This document shows, one piece after another, positions 60,400-61,866 of a stretch of 61,866 bases of DNA; the first letter of the stretch is position 1, and each line of letters begins with the position of its first letter. Source of the stretch: a virus. The stretch spans positions 1 through 61,866 of the IMG/VR virus record IMGVR_UViG_3300050120_000077; one strand, given 5' to 3'. The position numbers and the translations under genes are program-made. The notes below the pieces were generated by a model. It was given only the letters and a program-made list of their open reading frames with translations, did no database searches and was not told the DNA's origin.

Positions 60400-60713
60400 T
60401 TGGAACCTCCCATATCAATAACCTCGACATCGGCGAGCGCGCCGATCACGCATTTCCTGCGGTGGCCCCTGGATTTGCCATAGAGGACTGCGCGCCAGCC
60501 GTTTGCCATACGAACCTCCTGCACCAGCCAGATCGGGGTGGCGTCCTTGACGCGGACATAGCGACCGATCAGCAACTGACGGATCAGGCCAGCCTCGGTC
60601 TCGGCTCGGTTCTGATGATCCTTGATCGCCTTCTGAGCCATCAAGGCCAGCGTGTAGGGCGTTACCTCGGGCTTGCTCGTGGCATGCTCCGAGGATGCTA
60701 CGGCGGTGCTCAT
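60396..60713 (-). CDS. hypothetical protein (105 aa)
   Basis: ATG 60713 overlaps the upstream stop (ATGA). Confidence 0.5.
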   Translation of the reverse strand: MSTAVASSEHATSKPEVTPYTLALMAQKAIKDHQNRAETEAGLIRQLLIGRYVRVKDATPIWLVQEVRMANGWRAVLYGKSRGHRRKCVIGALADVEVIDMGGSK

Positions 60714-61222
60714 CGTTTTCCCCTGTTCGGAAACCACGGCGCTTGCCATTCGACGAGCGGCGCGTCGTAGCCGATCATCAGCGGATGCTTCGGGTGTCCG
60801 TCGTCATTGACGCCGAGGCAATAGAGCTTCTTATCGAAGCCATCAGCCATCCGAACGATATCGATCCAGCGCTTGCGGAGGGTCTCGGGCAACTTTGCCA
60901 GTGCGCCCCAGCCAACCACGAGCACGTCGCCGGCGGCGATGATCTCGGCCAGATGCACGTCGTTGTGTGGGCCAACCGGGTTACCGTGCTCGCGCAGCAC
61001 CTTGATATCCTTGCCAACGCGAGCGAACAGGTTGCCGACGATGAACCGGCGCCATCCCAGCGCCTTGCCGAATCCGACCAGCTTCGTGACGGTGTGATCG
61101 TTCTCGGTCTCGCCGGCATCGGAGCCATTCACCATGATGATGCTGGCAACGATGCCCTCGGGCTGGACTTCGCGCTCCAGGCGATAGCGGTGCTTGCGGT
61201 CGGCGTCGAAGATCGCGGTCAT
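60710..61222 (-). CDS. DUF1643 family protein (170 aa)
   Basis: DRKHRYRLEREV...IIMVNGSDAGETENDHTVTKLVGFGKALGW...VGNLFARV...VVGWGA...GHPKHPL follows the DUF1643 pattern as I recall it. Confidence 0.65.
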   Translation of the reverse strand: MTAIFDADRKHRYRLEREVQPEGIVASIIMVNGSDAGETENDHTVTKLVGFGKALGWRRFIVGNLFARVGKDIKVLREHGNPVGPHNDVHLAEIIAAGDVLVVGWGALAKLPETLRKRWIDIVRMADGFDKKLYCLGVNDDGHPKHPLMIGYDAPLVEWQAPWFPNRGKR

Positions 61223-61407
61223 CGTTTCCCCCTGATCTCGGTTTTGATCTGTGCGGTGCGGGCATCGACGAGAGCCTTGGAGAACTCGCGCCGTCGCACG
61301 CTGTCGGGTCGCTCGTTCTTGATGCAGGCGATCAGGTAAGCGCACTGGTCGCCTGGGCTCATTTTCATCAGCCGGTGGCTGATGCGGAATATCGGTTCGC
61401 GTCTCAA
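61219..61407 (-). CDS. hypothetical basic protein (62 aa)
   Basis: ATGA overlaps at both ends. Confidence 0.5.
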   Translation of the reverse strand: MRREPIFRISHRLMKMSPGDQCAYLIACIKNERPDSVRRREFSKALVDARTAQIKTEIRGKR

Positions 61408-61866
61408 GGTCTGCCTTCGTAGATGATGCGAAGGGGCTCGACTGGAGCATCAACGCGACGCCACACGTACCAAGCGTGATCCTCGGTCCCCGATTTCTCG
61501 CCGGGAAACCACTGCACGCGGTCGATCAGTGCAATCTTGGCGCAGAAGCGCGGGTTGTCGCGGAACAGATCAGCGCGCGTTTTGCCGAAGTCGAACTTGG
61601 CCGTCAGCAGCAATGCGACATAGCCGGTGGTGCGGGCGAGCGCCGCACGGGCGAACTTCACGGCGCTGAGATTGTGAAGCCCGTAAGGTGGATTCGTCGC
61701 GATCCAATGCGCGCCGGGCTCGATCAGCGCACCATCGAGGAAGTTGAAGATGGCATCGTGAGGCCGGTCATAGGTCGCAATGTCGGAGGTGAACACGCTG
61801 GCGCCGTGCTCGCGCAGTACATCAGCGATCAGATGATTGCCGGCGGCCGGCTCCCATATCGGCGTG
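61404..61866 (-). CDS. DNA N6-adenine methyltransferase, C-terminal part (runs off the window end; N-terminus at 231..128)
   Basis: Motif IV HWIATNPPYG. In frame with 1..231 through the 127-nt overlap. Confidence 0.8.
   Translation of the reverse strand, partial: TPIWEPAAGNHLIADVLREHGASVFTSDIATYDRPHDAIFNFLDGALIEPGAHWIATNPPYGLHNLSAVKFARAALARTTGYVALLLTAKFDFGKTRADLFRDNPRFCAKIALIDRVQWFPGEKSGTEDHAWYVWRRVDAPVEPLRIIYEGRP
61740..61866. repeat. terminal direct repeat, copy 2 (identical to 1..127)
   Basis: Base-by-base comparison. Confidence 0.95.

Overview
The window is a complete, circularly closed replicon. Its first 127 nt are repeated exactly as its last 127 nt, giving a unique length of 61,739 bp. 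The repeat falls inside a methyltransferase ORF, so it looks like an assembler overlap rather than a physical end. The content is a visibly GC-rich tailed-phage genome. It carries a tyrosine integrase and has no tape-measure, sheath or tube genes, so it is podovirus-like by inference. Layout: (i) a Cro/XRE-type regulator (598..852, minus) is divergent from a rightward operon (992..7860, plus) that encodes a DnaQ-like exonuclease, an ERF annealase, an HNH-like nuclease and many small unknowns. (ii) Everything else except the integrase is on the minus strand. An early block (61407 down to 50753) holds an adenine methyltransferase, DUF1643, a papain-like peptidase candidate, a DUF2303-like protein, two HNH nucleases and a DUF1376 replication-associated protein, and continues through small genes at 49203 down to 47070. 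Then comes a 336-bp non-coding region, a tRNA-Gly(UCC), and a late block: an SLT-domain protein, small and large terminase, portal, six unusual fibre-like or unknown genes, scaffold, major capsid, tail and fibre genes. The late block ends with a 4,391-aa polyvalent protein (pyrophosphatase-like, N6-methyltransferase, SF2 helicase and zincin modules flanked by hydrophobic segments) and a lysis cassette (GH19 muramidase, 3-TM protein, overlapped lipoprotein, secreted CHAP-like hydrolase). Genes are chained by roughly forty 1- or 4-nt start/stop overlaps. Following that chain exposes several genes under 60 aa that are absent from the ORF track. The points most worth follow-up are the giant polyvalent protein, a short peptide motif (DL[SA]x[FY]GTPV) it shares with the SLT protein, a 20-residue GIGxAG repeat protein in a gene insertion between portal and scaffold, an SSB C-terminal-tip look-alike in the recombination module, and the palindrome-bearing control regions. 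All family assignments come from motifs read by eye and from memory. No database search was run.
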